The notes under the pieces were generated by a model that was not told the DNA's origin, made no database searches, and saw only the letters and a program-made list of their open reading frames with translations. A stretch of 64,000 bases of DNA from an uncultured Verrucomicrobiae bacterium (GTDB taxonomy: Bacteria > Verrucomicrobiota > Verrucomicrobiia > Palsa-1439): contig CAWEWF010000008.1 in NCBI GenBank assembly GCA_963812605.1, positions 64,001 to 128,000 on the forward strand, read 5' to 3'. Positions 1 to 11,290 of this stretch are shown piece by piece. Made by a program: the position numbers and the translations under genes. Position 1 is the stretch's first letter. Each line of letters opens with the position of its first letter.

Positions 1-642
1 CTGCTTCCGTCGATCCTGGGCGCCCGCGCCAACAGCTTGCCGGTTTCCTTCGACGAAGAGGCTTGGGGAGAATTTCTCACTGCTCGTGTTGCTCCGGGGC
101 AGTTGACCGCCCCCGTGCAAATGGAACCGGGCAAAGGCCCCTTGCCAGCCGACCAACTGGTGGTTCATCAGGATGACACGCAGGGGAACAAAGGCTCGTG
201 GGAGCAAACGCAGGATGCCTGGATCCTCACCTATGAGACGGCGAATGGGTGGGGGCTGCATGGCGATTTGCCGTTGGAACAACTTAATTTGCTGGGAGCG
301 CAAACTCTGGAGGTCGAATTTGAAGCTCCCGCCGGCCTGCAAGTGCAGGTGTTGCTCCAGGAAACCGGCGATGGTCCGCCGGGGCATCAGGTCTACGAAG
401 GAAAACGCGGTGCCGACGGCGAGTCCTACGAACTCCCGCAATTCACCGCCACGGGCAGTCGGCAGGTCGTGCGTCTTCGCTTGGGCGATGCGGAACGTCG
501 AATCTACTGGGGCAATCAGGGCGGCAACATGGTTCTCGACACCCAGGGATTGAGGGCGATTAGTTTCCTCATTCGCAGCGGACAGGGAAAAGGACAGCTA
601 CGAATCTACCGCGTTGGCTTTGTTGGCGCTGGACAGGAATAA
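1..642 (+). CDS. 3' part of a probable carbohydrate-active protein with a C-terminal CBM-like beta-sandwich; starts before the window
   Basis: Frame is open from base 1 to TAA at 640-642, 3 nt before the sugar ABC SBP gene; beta-rich C-terminus (LDTQGLRAISFLI..GQLRIYRVGF). Confidence 0.5.
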   Translation: MLPSILGARANSLPVSFDEEAWGEFLTARVAPGQLTAPVQMEPGKGPLPADQLVVHQDDTQGNKGSWEQTQDAWILTYETANGWGLHGDLPLEQLNLLGAQTLEVEFEAPAGLQVQVLLQETGDGPPGHQVYEGKRGADGESYELPQFTATGSRQVVRLRLGDAERRIYWGNQGGNMVLDTQGLRAISFLIRSGQGKGQLRIYRVGFVGAGQE

Positions 643-645
643 CGG

Positions 646-2100
646 ATGGCTCTTCTGAGATCGCTGAAACAATTACGCGCAGGCTTGCTTCGAGGACTCT
701 GGCCCTTTCTGGCCGGGCTTTGCCTCCTGCCGCTTTGCGGCTGCAGCCGAACCGGCCGGGAGAGGACCGCCGACGGTCGAATCATTGTTCAGTATTGGGA
801 GAAATGGACGGGCTTCGAGGACGACGCCATGCAGGCCGTGGTGGACGATTTCAATGCGTCGCAAAATCGCATCTTCGTCAAGAAACTCGTCGTGAGCGAA
901 ATGCTCCGCAAGGTGATGCTGGCCACCGCGGGCGGCAATCCGCCCGACGTCGCGGGCATCTGGTCGAGCAACATCCCCGACTTCGCCGAAAAAGGCGCGC
1001 TGACGCCGCTCAACAAAATGATCGATCGCGCCGGTATCAAGTCCACGGACTACATCCCGATCTATTGGGAACAGTGCGGTTTCCATGGCTTCATGTGGGC
1101 CTTGCCGAGCACGCCGGTCTCTCTCGGCTTGCACTGGAACAAAAAATTGTTCCGTGATGCCGGGCTCGATCCGAATCGGCCGCCACAGAGTATGGATGAA
1201 CTCGATGCGATTTGCGACCGACTCACGATCGTGGAGATCGATCGCGGCGGCAAAACTGTCCGTGTCCGTTATCCGGAGCTGACCGCCGCGGAAAAACAGG
1301 CGAAAAAATTCACCTTGGTGCAGGTCGGTCATCTGCCAACACAACCCGGTTGGTGGATCGCCATGTGGGTGAATTGGTTCGGAGGGCGCTTATGGGACGG
1401 CGACCGGAAAATCACCGCGAACAGCCCGGAAAACCTCGAAACCTTCGAGTGGTTCCGCAAAACCACCGACAAATATGGCATCGATAATCTCCGCCGGTTC
1501 GGCGCCACCTTTGGAAATTTCGCCTCGCCCCAGGACCCTTTCCTCGCGGGACAGGTGGCGATGGAATTGCAGGGCGTTTGGATGTACAACTTCATCAGCA
1601 AGTACAACCCGCAATTGGAATGGGGCGCGGCGCCGTTTCCCGCCAAACATCCCGATCAATATCCCGTGACCTTTGCCGAGTGCGACGCGCTGGTGATCCC
1701 GAAGGGCGCCCTGCACCCGAAAGAAGCTTTCGAGTTCATTCACTACATCAACACGCAAGGGCCGATGGAAAAACTCTGTCTCGGACACCGCAAATTCAGC
1801 CCCTTTGTGAAAATCAGCGACGAGTTTATCCGCAACCATCCAAACCCGTACATCAAGGTCTTCATCGACATGGCGAAGAGCCCCAATGCGCGATACGTGC
1901 CGCGCCTGACAGTCTGGAATGAGTATAACGATGAAATGACCGTGGCCGCCAATCGCGTTATTACACTGGTGGCGAACCCGAAAGATGCCCTCGACCAGGT
2001 GCAAACGCGCATTCAGTGGCGGTTCGACCGCGTCGCGCGGCGCTGGGATGCGGTAAAGGATGAGCGCATCAAGGAGTGGAACGACTATGACCCGCGCTGA
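646..2100 (+). CDS. Carbohydrate ABC transporter substrate-binding lipoprotein (family 1)
   Basis: Lipobox-like LCGC; GNPPDVA, F.AGQVAM...G.W, WGAAPFP and AFEFIHY motifs; followed by two permeases. Confidence 0.92.
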   Translation: MALLRSLKQLRAGLLRGLWPFLAGLCLLPLCGCSRTGRERTADGRIIVQYWEKWTGFEDDAMQAVVDDFNASQNRIFVKKLVVSEMLRKVMLATAGGNPPDVAGIWSSNIPDFAEKGALTPLNKMIDRAGIKSTDYIPIYWEQCGFHGFMWALPSTPVSLGLHWNKKLFRDAGLDPNRPPQSMDELDAICDRLTIVEIDRGGKTVRVRYPELTAAEKQAKKFTLVQVGHLPTQPGWWIAMWVNWFGGRLWDGDRKITANSPENLETFEWFRKTTDKYGIDNLRRFGATFGNFASPQDPFLAGQVAMELQGVWMYNFISKYNPQLEWGAAPFPAKHPDQYPVTFAECDALVIPKGALHPKEAFEFIHYINTQGPMEKLCLGHRKFSPFVKISDEFIRNHPNPYIKVFIDMAKSPNARYVPRLTVWNEYNDEMTVAANRVITLVANPKDALDQVQTRIQWRFDRVARRWDAVKDERIKEWNDYDPR

Positions 2101-3007
2101 AAGACGTAACCTGCGTATCGGCCTGGCGTTCGTCAGTCCCTGGATCATCGGTTTTCTCGCGTTCACTCTCTATCCCGTTCTCGCCTCGGTCTATTATTCG
2201 TTCTGTGATTACGACGTGCTGACGAGACCGATTTGGGTTGGCACGCTGAATTACCACGACCTGTTCACCGACAGCGTGTTCTGGAAGTCGCTTTACAACA
2301 CGTTCTACTTTGCCGCGTTCGTGCTGCCGCTGGGGCTGGTCATCTCGCTTTTCGTGGCCGTGCTGCTGAATCAATCCCTGCAGGGTCGGTCAATCTTTCG
2401 CGCCATCTTTTTCCTGCCGTCGCTGGTCCCCATTGTTGCCAGCTCGATGGTCTGGTTTTGGATTCTGAACGGCAATTTCGGCATCCTCAATTACGCCCTG
2501 CACTGGTTCCACATCCGCGGCCCGCAATGGCTGGCCGATGAAAAATGGACCAAGCCGTCGGTGGTCCTGATGACACTCTGGGGCTGCGGCAACACCATGG
2601 TCATCTACCTCGCCGCGCTCCAGGACGTGCCCCGTTCACTGTACGAGTCCGCCGAGATCGATGGCGCCAATCCCTGGGTGAAATTCCGTTATATCACCAT
2701 TCCCATGATTTCGCCCGTCATTTACTTCAACCTCATCATGGGGATCATTGGCTCGTTGCAGGTGTTCGCCCAGGCCTACATCATGTTCAGCGGCGGCATG
2801 CTGGGCGGCGCGGGCGTCGCCACCAGCGCGGGCGGACCGAACCGCTCCGCGTTGTTCTATACGGTGTACCTGTACCAATGCGCGTTTGATTTTCACCAGA
2901 TGGGTTACGCCTGCGCGATGGCCTGGATCCTGTTTCTCATCATCCTGTTCCTGACCTGGGTCGCGACGCGTTCGACCCGCAAGCTCATTTTCTACGCGGG
3001 AGAATAA
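2087..3007 (+). CDS. Carbohydrate ABC transporter permease (MalF/UgpA-like)
   Basis: EAA loop LYESAEIDGANPW, multiple TM segments; AAGGAG at 2071-2076 precedes ATG 2087. Confidence 0.93.
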   Translation: MTRAERRNLRIGLAFVSPWIIGFLAFTLYPVLASVYYSFCDYDVLTRPIWVGTLNYHDLFTDSVFWKSLYNTFYFAAFVLPLGLVISLFVAVLLNQSLQGRSIFRAIFFLPSLVPIVASSMVWFWILNGNFGILNYALHWFHIRGPQWLADEKWTKPSVVLMTLWGCGNTMVIYLAALQDVPRSLYESAEIDGANPWVKFRYITIPMISPVIYFNLIMGIIGSLQVFAQAYIMFSGGMLGGAGVATSAGGPNRSALFYTVYLYQCAFDFHQMGYACAMAWILFLIILFLTWVATRSTRKLIFYAGE

Positions 3008-3010
3008 CTC

Positions 3011-4138
3011 ATGCGCAGCCTACAACGCTTTTTCACCTATCTCCTGCTCCTGCTCGGCTCGATCACGTTTCTGGCCCCGCTGCTCTGGATGCTTTCCACC
3101 GGGTTGAAGCCGATCGATCAAACGATGACCATGCCGCCAAGCTGGATTCCCTACAAGTATTTCGTCGAGAAAGACGGTACTCGACTCGAAGTCAAGCCCG
3201 GCGCGCCGATCAACGTCCCCTCGTACGTCGTGGCGATCGAGGGCGAGCGGCATGTTGTCTCACGCACCAGCGTCGTGAATGGCCAGATGAAGCAGCAAAT
3301 GCCCAATGGCGAAGAGAAATCCGTGCCCGTCCAGATTCTCCAGGAAATCCCCGCCGACGCGCAACATCTATGGACGACGATCACGCCGCTGGCCAGCACC
3401 AATGACGCGTCCGCGTGGGAAGCGCTGCCAGCAGCATCCGTCATCAAGAAAGTTGCGCCGCGCTGGAGCAACTTCATCGAAGCCATCAAGGCCATGAAAC
3501 AGTTCCCGCGTTACCTGAGAAATACGCTAATTCTGTGCGTGCTGACAGTAATCGGGACGGTCACATCCAGCGCGCTCACAGCCTACGGCTTCTCGCGCAT
3601 CGAATGGCGCGGGCGCAATACTCTGTTTATGATCGCCCTGGCTACAATGATGGTGCCCTTTCCCGTCACGATGGTCCCGTTGTATTGCCTGTTCCGCTGG
3701 CTCGGCTGGATCGGCACCTTGAAACCTTTGTGGGTCGGTTCGTTTTTCGCGGGGGCCTTCAACGTGTTTCTGTTGCGGCAGTTTTTCATGACCCTGCCGA
3801 AGGACATCTCCGAGGCCGCGCGCATCGATGGCTGCAGCGAGTTTCGCATCTTCTGGCAGATCGTCCTGCCCTTGTGCCGTCCCGCGTTGATGGTGGTCGC
3901 GCTGTTTCAATTCATGTACACGTGGAATGACTTCATCGGCCCCTTGATTTACCTCACCAACCAGGAGGATTTCACGCTCGCGTTGGGGTTGCAATTCTTC
4001 CAAAGCCAGAGCGGGGGCACGGAATGGCACTACCTGATGGCCGCGAGCACCCTGGTGGCCTTGCCCATCATCGTGTTGTTCTTCTTCACGCAGAAGACCT
4101 TCATCGAAGGAATCTCGATGACCGGCATCAAGGGCTGA
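3011..4138 (+). CDS. Carbohydrate ABC transporter permease (MalG/UgpE-like) with an enlarged extracytoplasmic loop
   Basis: ISEAARIDGCSEFRIF, WNDFIGPL and QKTFIEGI motifs; about 100 extra residues after TM1. Confidence 0.93.
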   Translation: MRSLQRFFTYLLLLLGSITFLAPLLWMLSTGLKPIDQTMTMPPSWIPYKYFVEKDGTRLEVKPGAPINVPSYVVAIEGERHVVSRTSVVNGQMKQQMPNGEEKSVPVQILQEIPADAQHLWTTITPLASTNDASAWEALPAASVIKKVAPRWSNFIEAIKAMKQFPRYLRNTLILCVLTVIGTVTSSALTAYGFSRIEWRGRNTLFMIALATMMVPFPVTMVPLYCLFRWLGWIGTLKPLWVGSFFAGAFNVFLLRQFFMTLPKDISEAARIDGCSEFRIFWQIVLPLCRPALMVVALFQFMYTWNDFIGPLIYLTNQEDFTLALGLQFFQSQSGGTEWHYLMAASTLVALPIIVLFFFTQKTFIEGISMTGIKG

Positions 4139-4160
4139 AGCCCGCGCGCTTACGCGGGCT
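4139..4160. terminator. Hairpin between convergent genes
   Basis: AGCCCGCG-cgctta-CGCGGGCT at the junction of the permease and GH30 stop codons; no strong U tract. Confidence 0.4.
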
Positions 4161-5505
4161 GCCAAAGATATGTTGAAATCGAATGGGCGGGTGTCACGCT
4201 GTTGCCGGCGCGATCCGGAAGTCTCAGGGAAAACTTGCGTTCCTCATCGGTCCGATTCAATACGACCACGACAACACTCTCGTCGGGATTCCGAAACGCT
4301 GTGACCTGGAGATCTTCGCGGGTGCTCGCGCAGAGAATCCTCGCGGCGCCCGGACGAATGAAACGGCAGAAGTGTCCGAGGTAGTAATAGGAACTCTGGA
4401 AAATGAGGCGGCCGTTCACGGTGTCGGCAAGGATCGGCGCGCTGCAGAAATTGCCGGCGTGGTTGGGCCCGCCGGTTTCATCCAGCAGCATGTTCCAATC
4501 GATCCAACCAACGGTCCAACGGTTCAGGTCGTTGATGATCTCATGGCCGTAGCGCTCCCCCACGTCCCAGGAACCCAGGTGCGGGCCGCCTTCCTGGCAG
4601 CCTTCGGTAAAGATAAGCTTTTTGTCCGGCCAGGCTTCGTGGGCCAATTGGAGGTTGTCGAATTTCTCCGGACCGTACCAGTGAAAAGCCGCGCCCCAGA
4701 TGTACCGACTGGCTTCAGGATCGTTGTAGGCCACCCGGACCCGCTCGATCAGTAGATCCCGGTTATGGTCCCAGATAATGATCTTGATGCGTTCCAAGCC
4801 GGCTTTCTGCAATGTCGGCCCCAGGTAATCACGGACAAAATCCCGCTCTTCCTCGGCGCTATAGAGGCAGGAATCCCAAACCTGCGCGGCCGCCGGTTCA
4901 TTCTGGACCGTCACCCCCCAGATCGGCACGCCTTCCTTCTCGTATTCACAAATAAAGCGGACGAAGTAATTGGCCCACGCCTGCCGATATTCGGGCTTCA
5001 ATTTTCCGCCGCCGCTGAACTGCCCATTGGTCTTCATCCACGCGGGCGGGCTCCACGGCGAGACCAGGATCTTGAGCGATTCGTTCGCCGTTTTTTGGGC
5101 TTCCTTGATCATCGGCAGGAGCGCCTGGCGGTCGCGCTCGATGGAGAAATGCTTCAACTCCACATCGCCATCCACCTCGGTACAGGCATAGTGTCCCAGC
5201 GAGAAATCGCAACTATTCATGTGGGTGCGACAGAGAGAGTAGCCATGCCCTTCGGTGGGGTGAAAATAAGCCTTAAAAAACTGTTCCCGGTGTTCTTTGG
5301 GCATCCGTGACAAACTGACCGCGCTGGCCTCCGTGAACGCCCCGCCAAAACCCTCAATCTTTTGAAAACGTTTGCTGGGATCAATTGAGATGGATGGCAG
5401 GCACGGGTCGGGACTTTCGTCCAGAAGAACAGGACTCTTTTCGGCCATGCGGTCCTTGCTGGCCTTGGCGGTCATATAATGACGGAGAAATCTGCCTGTG
5501 ATCAT
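4150..5505 (-). CDS. Glycoside hydrolase family 30 (glucosylceramidase/beta-glucanase-like), apparently cytoplasmic
   Basis: GFGGAFT, SPWSPPAWMK, TVQNEP (acid/base), FTEGC (nucleophile), WIDWN..LDETGGPNH. Confidence 0.92.
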   Translation of the reverse strand: MITGRFLRHYMTAKASKDRMAEKSPVLLDESPDPCLPSISIDPSKRFQKIEGFGGAFTEASAVSLSRMPKEHREQFFKAYFHPTEGHGYSLCRTHMNSCDFSLGHYACTEVDGDVELKHFSIERDRQALLPMIKEAQKTANESLKILVSPWSPPAWMKTNGQFSGGGKLKPEYRQAWANYFVRFICEYEKEGVPIWGVTVQNEPAAAQVWDSCLYSAEEERDFVRDYLGPTLQKAGLERIKIIIWDHNRDLLIERVRVAYNDPEASRYIWGAAFHWYGPEKFDNLQLAHEAWPDKKLIFTEGCQEGGPHLGSWDVGERYGHEIINDLNRWTVGWIDWNMLLDETGGPNHAGNFCSAPILADTVNGRLIFQSSYYYLGHFCRFIRPGAARILCASTREDLQVTAFRNPDESVVVVVLNRTDEERKFSLRLPDRAGNSVTPAHSISTYLWQPA

Positions 5506-5563
5506 ATGTTACCACCCCAAAATCCGTATTGCTTATAGCACGGATATCGGCGAAAGAAAAGGG

Positions 5564-5582
5564 TATAATGCAAATGATTGCA
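5564..5582 (+). promoter_or_regulatory. -10 box TATAAT overlapped by LacI-type operator TGCAAATGATTGCA
   Basis: Imperfect palindrome at 5569-5582 in the divergent GH30/GH149 spacer; the same motif recurs at 11120, 11277 and 16290. Confidence 0.65.
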
Positions 5583-5593
5583 GGACGCGTCCA

Positions 5594-8500
5594 ATGACAA
5601 ATCCAAAATCCTTCTTCGTCGTGAACACGGCTTCCGACTCAGCGACGCGGAGCGAGTTTGTAACAGTCGATGGTGAGCCCTATATCTGCATCCGTCACGT
5701 CGACCAACTTAACTCCCTTTCTGATGAGCGTGGTCAGCGACAGCGATCACTGGTTGTTCGTCGGCAGCAACGCGCCCTTCACCGCCGGGCGCATCGATCC
5801 CGACAACGCGCTCTTCCCCTACCAGACCGTCGACAAGATTCTGCGGCATCCTGACACCAGCGGCGCGTTGACGGTCCTGCTCGTTCGCGCAGGCGAGCGC
5901 TGGGCGCTGTGGGAACCCTGGCAGGCGAGCGGGCGTATTTATCGCATTGACCGCCATCTTTACAAGCACATCCACGGCGCCAGCGTGATCTTCGAGGAAA
6001 TTAACCACGACCTCGGCCTGCGATTCCGTTGGAGCCTTGGCGCCTGCGAGCCGTACGGATTCGTCCGTGAATGCCTGATCGAGCGCCTCGACAATAACGT
6101 TCCCGTCGAGGTGCGATACCTCGACGGCTGGCACCAGTTGCTTCCGCCGGGTGTTGATCAGGAAACCTTCGGCCGCTTCAGCTATCTCGCGGAAGCCTAT
6201 ATGCGCCATGAATGCGTGAACGAAGAATCCCTCGGCATCTTCACGCTCAATGCGGCGATTACCGACCGGGCTGAAGCCTGCGAATCCTTGCGCGCCGCTT
6301 GCGCCTGGTCGATCGGCCACGCTCATCCCGTCGTCCTCTTGTCGAAGCGACAAGTACCGGCGTTCTGTCGCGGAGAACTTGTCGACCCGGAGCGCGAGAT
6401 CCGTGGCGAATTCGGCGCCTACCTCGTGGTCGACAGCGCAACCGTCGCCCCCGGCCATCCGCACCGCTGGTTCACAGTCGCCGACACCAGGCTCGATCAT
6501 CCAGCGCTCGTGCGTCTCCGGGACCAATTGAAGGACCCGGTTGCCCTCGAACATTCCCTGCGCCAAAGTCTCGCGGCCAACCGCAGCGGCCTGCGTCGCC
6601 GTATCGCCGCCGCCGATGGGCTGCAGCAAACCGCCGATCAATCGGCCAGCGTCCATCATTTTGCCAACGTGCTGTTCAATTGCATGCGCGGCGGCACCTT
6701 CAATAATTCGTACCGTTTTCCCGGCAAGGATTTCGCGGCGTTCGTTCGCGCGCACAGCGCCACCGTGTACGCGAGCCATCAACCATGGCTGGAAAAGTTA
6801 CCGGAATCGCTGGCGCTGGATCAACTCCACCAGGAGGTCGCGAAGCGCGATGATGTCCACCTGTCACGGCTGGCGCATGAGTATTTGCCGCTGAGCTTCA
6901 GCCGTCGCCACGGCGACCCGAGCCGTCCCTGGAATCGATTCGACATCCACATCAAGGACGAACAAGGCCGTCCGCTTTACGCCTATCAGGGCAACTGGCG
7001 TGACATTTTCCAGAATTGGGAGAGCCTCGCGCAGAGCTATCCCGCCTGGCTCGGACAGATGATTCATGTATTCCTTAATGCTTCGACGGCAGACGGTTAC
7101 AACCCCTACCGGATCACGCGCAACGGCGTTGACTGGGAGATCAGCGACCCCAAGGATCCTTGGAGCCACATCGGCTATTGGGGCGACCATCAAATCATTT
7201 ACTTGCTGCGTCTGCTGGAAAGCCAGGAGCGATTTCAACCGGGACAATTGGCCGGCCAGCTCCGCGCCGAAACCTGCGTTTACACGCACGTGCCGTATGA
7301 AATCGACGGCTTCGACGAGATCGTCGCCGACCCGCAGCACACGATCACTTTCAATCATTCACTTCACCAACTCCTGATGTCGCGGACCCGGCAACTGGGC
7401 TGCCGATGGGAAACTGTTGACGGACGACCGCGGCGAGATCGTCCTGGTCTCGCTCGCGGAGAAACTGCTGGTGCCGCTCCTGGTCAAGCTCAGCAACTTC
7501 GTTCCCGATGGCGGCATCTGGCTCAACACGCAACGGCCCGAATGGAACGACGCCAACAACGCGCTCGCCGGCTGGGGCCTGTCCATGGTCACGGTCTGCC
7601 ACCTCCGCCGCTACCTGGCTTTCTGCGACCGGATTTTCTGCCGCCAGTGGAAACAAACCGGTCCCGCTCACCGCGCCCGTCGCCAAACTGCTCGCGGAGA
7701 TCACTTCCCTCCTGCGCGACGCCGCCAAAGAGGCCGCGCAGGGATTCGATGATTCGTCGCGCTTTCGGCTGATGGCCGCGCTGGGTCGCGCCGGTGAAAC
7801 CCATCGGCGCGCCATTTACAACGGCGGCAAGAACGACCGCAAGATCGTGCCGCTCGGCGCCTTGCGCGGGCTGGTTGAGGCGGCCTTGCCCGTGATTGAA
7901 TCGACCATTCGCAACAACCGGCGCCGCGACGGGCTCTTCCACAGCTATAACGTGCTCCACCTCGACGGCGACCGCGCGCGCGTGGCCCAGTTGTACCCGA
8001 TGTTGGAAGGCCAGGTCGCGGTGCTGGGTTCGGGCTTGCTGAAGCCCGCTGAAGCGTTGGCCGTATTGCGTGCCCTGCGCGCCAGCGCGCTTTATCGCGC
8101 CGACCAGCACAGCTATCTGCTTTACCCCGATCGCGAGTTGCCGTCGTTTCTTGCCCGCAACACGCTGCCGGGACATCCACCGCTGAAGGATCCTTCGCTT
8201 TTCGTTGCCGACGAACAGGGACAATGGCATTTCCAAGCGGACCTGCGCAGCGCCAGCGATGTTGCCAACCGCCTCGACCGTCTCCAAACGGACGAGGACA
8301 CGCGCAGGGTGGTGCTGGACTTGTGGGAAACCATGTTCCGCCACGGCGAATTCACGGGTCGCAGCGGCACTTTTTTTGCCTTCGAGGGTCTGGGCAGCAT
8401 TTACTGGCACATGGTCGTGAAACTCCTCCTGGCCGCGCAGGAATGCTACCGCGAAGCGCTCCGGGAAGGAACCGACCCCGACGTAACGAAAGCGTTGGCC

Positions 8501-9007
8501 GAGGCGTACGATGACGTGCGCCAGGGATTGGGTTTCTGCAAAACGCCGGACGCCTACGGCGCGTTCCCGACCGATCCGTATTCGCATTCCCCGCGACATC
8601 GGGGCGCTCAACAACCGGGCATGACCGGCCAGGTAAAAGAGGAAATCCTGACGCGCTGGGGCGAATTGGGCATCGCGATTGAGGACGGGCAACTGCGTTT
8701 CGCGCCGCGCCTGCTGCATCAAGCCGAGTTCTTCTCGTCGGCGCAACACTTCCTGTATCTCGACGTGCAAAACCGGGAGCAGTCCTGGGAGTTGGCCGCC
8801 CACAGCCTCGGTTTCACTTACTGTCAGTTACCGATCAGCTACCAGTTGGCCGATGCCCCCAGCCTTCTCGTCGAACGGGCGGACGGAACCCAGGAAACCA
8901 TTCGCGGCCATGCACTGACACCGGCCGATAGCGTCTCGGTCTTCATGCGTAGCGGAAAAATCTCCCGCCTCACCGTCCATATACCACGAACGGATTTACG
9001 ACCATGA
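5594..9007 (+). CDS. Probable GH149 beta-1,3-glucan phosphorylase (about 1135 aa), split by three frameshifts (~5710, ~7400, ~7640)
   Basis: PFLMSVVSDSDHW, FSRRHGDPSRPWN, YQGNWRDIFQNWE, QRPEWNDANNAL, FEGLGSIYWHM and GAQQPGMTGQVKE motifs, recalled as GH149-type, are spread over four overlapping ORFs. Confidence 0.78.
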
Positions 9008-11094
9008 AAATACAAAGATCCCAGCAACTCATCCTCCTCGTCATTTTGCAGTTCGCAACCCTGGCAGGGCGAACACTGGCTGCGTCGCGTTCGGACATCA
9101 AACTCGATGAACAATGGAAGTTTATCCGTCAGGATGTGGCGGACGCGGCAGCGACAAATTTCGACGACTCCTCGTGGTCGTCCGTGAACGTGCCGCATAC
9201 GTGGAACAATATGGACGGTCAGACCAGCGGTACCCCGTACTATCGCGGCATTGGCTGGTACCGCCGTCATTTGCAGGTCGACCCGCAATTCGCCGGCAAG
9301 AGTTTGTTTCTAAAACTTGATGGGGCCGCGACGGTGGCTGAGGTGTTCGTCAACGGCACATCCATTGGCACGCATAAGGGAAACTTCGCGGCGTTCTGCT
9401 TTGACGCGACCCCATTTCTGCGGGTTGGCCAGGACAATGTGATCGCTGTCAAAGTAAACAACGCGAAGGATAGCGATGTTCCGCCGTTGAGCGGTGATTT
9501 CACCGTCTTCGGAGGTTTGTATCGCGACGTTCATTTGCTCGCGCTCGACAGGCTCTCGATTACTCCGCTCGACTATGCCTCCTCCGGTGTTTACATCAAA
9601 CAAACACGCGTGACCGCGGATTCCGCCGAGTTCGACATCACCATCAAACTGCGTAATGCGAATGGCGCCGGCAAGACTGCCACTGTGCTTTGCGCGATCC
9701 TCGATGCCGCAGGCAAGACGATCCAACAGGCGCGTTCTCGTGAAACACTGGGGGCCAATGCCGTCGCGGATGTCGTGCAACACATCAAAATTGCCAAACC
9801 TCGTCTGTGGAATGGACGAATCGATCCGTATTTGTACAAGCTGACCGTCAATGTTAGTGACGGCGACAAGATCACGGACTCCCTGCCCCAGGTGTTCGGA
9901 GTCCGCACATTTCGAGTTGACCCGAATCTGGGCTTCGTCCTGAACGGGGCGTCCTACCCGTTGCACGGTGTCAGCCGCCATCAAGATCGTCTCGATAAAG
10001 GCTGGGCCATCGGCCCCGCTGAACAGCAGGAGGATTTTCAGTTGATCACCGAAATGGGCGCAACCTGCGTGCGGCTGGCGCATTACCAACAGGATCAGCT
10101 CGTTTATGACATCTGCGACCGCAACGGCCTGGTCCTTTGGACGGAATTGAGCCTGGTGAATGAACTGACAGATTCCGAAGCCTTCACGGAAAACGCGCGC
10201 CAGCAACTGACGGAAATGATCAAGCAGAACTACAACCACCCGTCGATCGCCTTCTGGGGGATCTTCAACGAACTGCATATGAAAAACCACTGGTACGATG
10301 CGCCACCGAAATGGGACATCGTCAAGACCCTTAATCAACTGGCGAAGGACCTTGATTCGACCCGGCTCACCACAGCCGCCAGTTGCATCCGCTCGGTCGA
10401 TCCGCTGAACGCGGTCACGGACGTTATGGCCTTCAACCGATATTACGGGTGGTACAACGGCAAGCCGTCCAACTGGCCGGGGGCCCTTGATAAACTTCAC
10501 CAGGAATGGCCCAACCGCGGCATTGGCATCAGCGAATACGGCGCCGGGGCCGCCATTAGCCAGCACGAAATCTCGACGAACCAACCGAACCCCACCTCGC
10601 ACTGGCATCCTGAAGAGTATCAAGATCTGCTGCACGAGCAGGCCTGGCAGGCCATGAAGGAACGCCCCTGGCTTTTGTGCGAATTGGTGTGGAATATGTT
10701 TGATTTCGCCGTCGGCCAGCGCGATGAGGGGGACCAACCGGGTCGGAACGACAAGGGACTGGTCACCTACGACCGTAAGGTGAAAAAAGACGCGTTCTTT
10801 TGGTACAAAGCCAATTGGACGACAACCCCGTTTGTCTATATCACCAGCCGGCGCTTCACCGACCGTATCGAACCCAAAACGCCGATAAAGATCTACTCGA
10901 ACTGCGACGCGGTGGAATTGAAGATTAACGGTATCAGCCAGGGAACGGTCCACTCGACGAACCATATTTTTTTATGGAATGACATGTTGCTCGCACCCGG
11001 TGAGAATCGTGTCGAGGTTAGCGCCGCCCAAGCCGGCAAAACGTATACGGACTCCTGTTCGTGGACGTATAAAGCCAGCGCTGAGAAGCCTTAG
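9004..11094 (+). CDS. Secreted glycoside hydrolase family 2 (beta-galactosidase/glucuronidase-like)
   Basis: Signal peptide; GGLYRDV, GVSRHQD, RLAHYQQ, NHPSI.FWG.FNE, SEYGAG, NDKGLVTYDR; ATGA overlap with the upstream gene. Confidence 0.92.
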   Translation: MKIQRSQQLILLVILQFATLAGRTLAASRSDIKLDEQWKFIRQDVADAAATNFDDSSWSSVNVPHTWNNMDGQTSGTPYYRGIGWYRRHLQVDPQFAGKSLFLKLDGAATVAEVFVNGTSIGTHKGNFAAFCFDATPFLRVGQDNVIAVKVNNAKDSDVPPLSGDFTVFGGLYRDVHLLALDRLSITPLDYASSGVYIKQTRVTADSAEFDITIKLRNANGAGKTATVLCAILDAAGKTIQQARSRETLGANAVADVVQHIKIAKPRLWNGRIDPYLYKLTVNVSDGDKITDSLPQVFGVRTFRVDPNLGFVLNGASYPLHGVSRHQDRLDKGWAIGPAEQQEDFQLITEMGATCVRLAHYQQDQLVYDICDRNGLVLWTELSLVNELTDSEAFTENARQQLTEMIKQNYNHPSIAFWGIFNELHMKNHWYDAPPKWDIVKTLNQLAKDLDSTRLTTAASCIRSVDPLNAVTDVMAFNRYYGWYNGKPSNWPGALDKLHQEWPNRGIGISEYGAGAAISQHEISTNQPNPTSHWHPEEYQDLLHEQAWQAMKERPWLLCELVWNMFDFAVGQRDEGDQPGRNDKGLVTYDRKVKKDAFFWYKANWTTTPFVYITSRRFTDRIEPKTPIKIYSNCDAVELKINGISQGTVHSTNHIFLWNDMLLAPGENRVEVSAAQAGKTYTDSCSWTYKASAEKP

Positions 11095-11119
11095 ACCAAG
11101 ACCCGTGGGTGGGATATTC

Positions 11120-11133
11120 CACAAACGTTTGCA
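11120..11133. promoter_or_regulatory. LacI-type operator CACAAACGTTTGCA
   Basis: 12/14 match to the palindrome TGCAAACGTTTGCA, upstream of the PEP-CTERM gene. Confidence 0.5.
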
Positions 11134-11256
11134 AGCCATCCCTTAGCGACGGAGTATTTTACCACCCAAGAGTGTACCGCGCATCGCAACCCTGCTGCAA
11201 AAGGGCTCTTGCAAAGGTACGGTGACCATTATCTTTGGTAAAATCAAGGAATGTGG

Positions 11257-11290
11257 TTGACAATTGCGCGCCATTTTGCAATCCTTTGCA
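11257..11290 (+). promoter_or_regulatory. TTGACA -35 box with LacI-type operator TGCAATCCTTTGCA covering the -10 region
   Basis: TTGACA at 11257-11262; operator at 11277-11290. Confidence 0.55.

Noticed and set aside
9310-10965. Long antisense ORFs (551 aa here; others at 5709-6782, 7589-8803 and 22716-23774)
   Set aside because: Shadow frames of well-supported genes, typical of high-GC DNA, with no recognisable motifs
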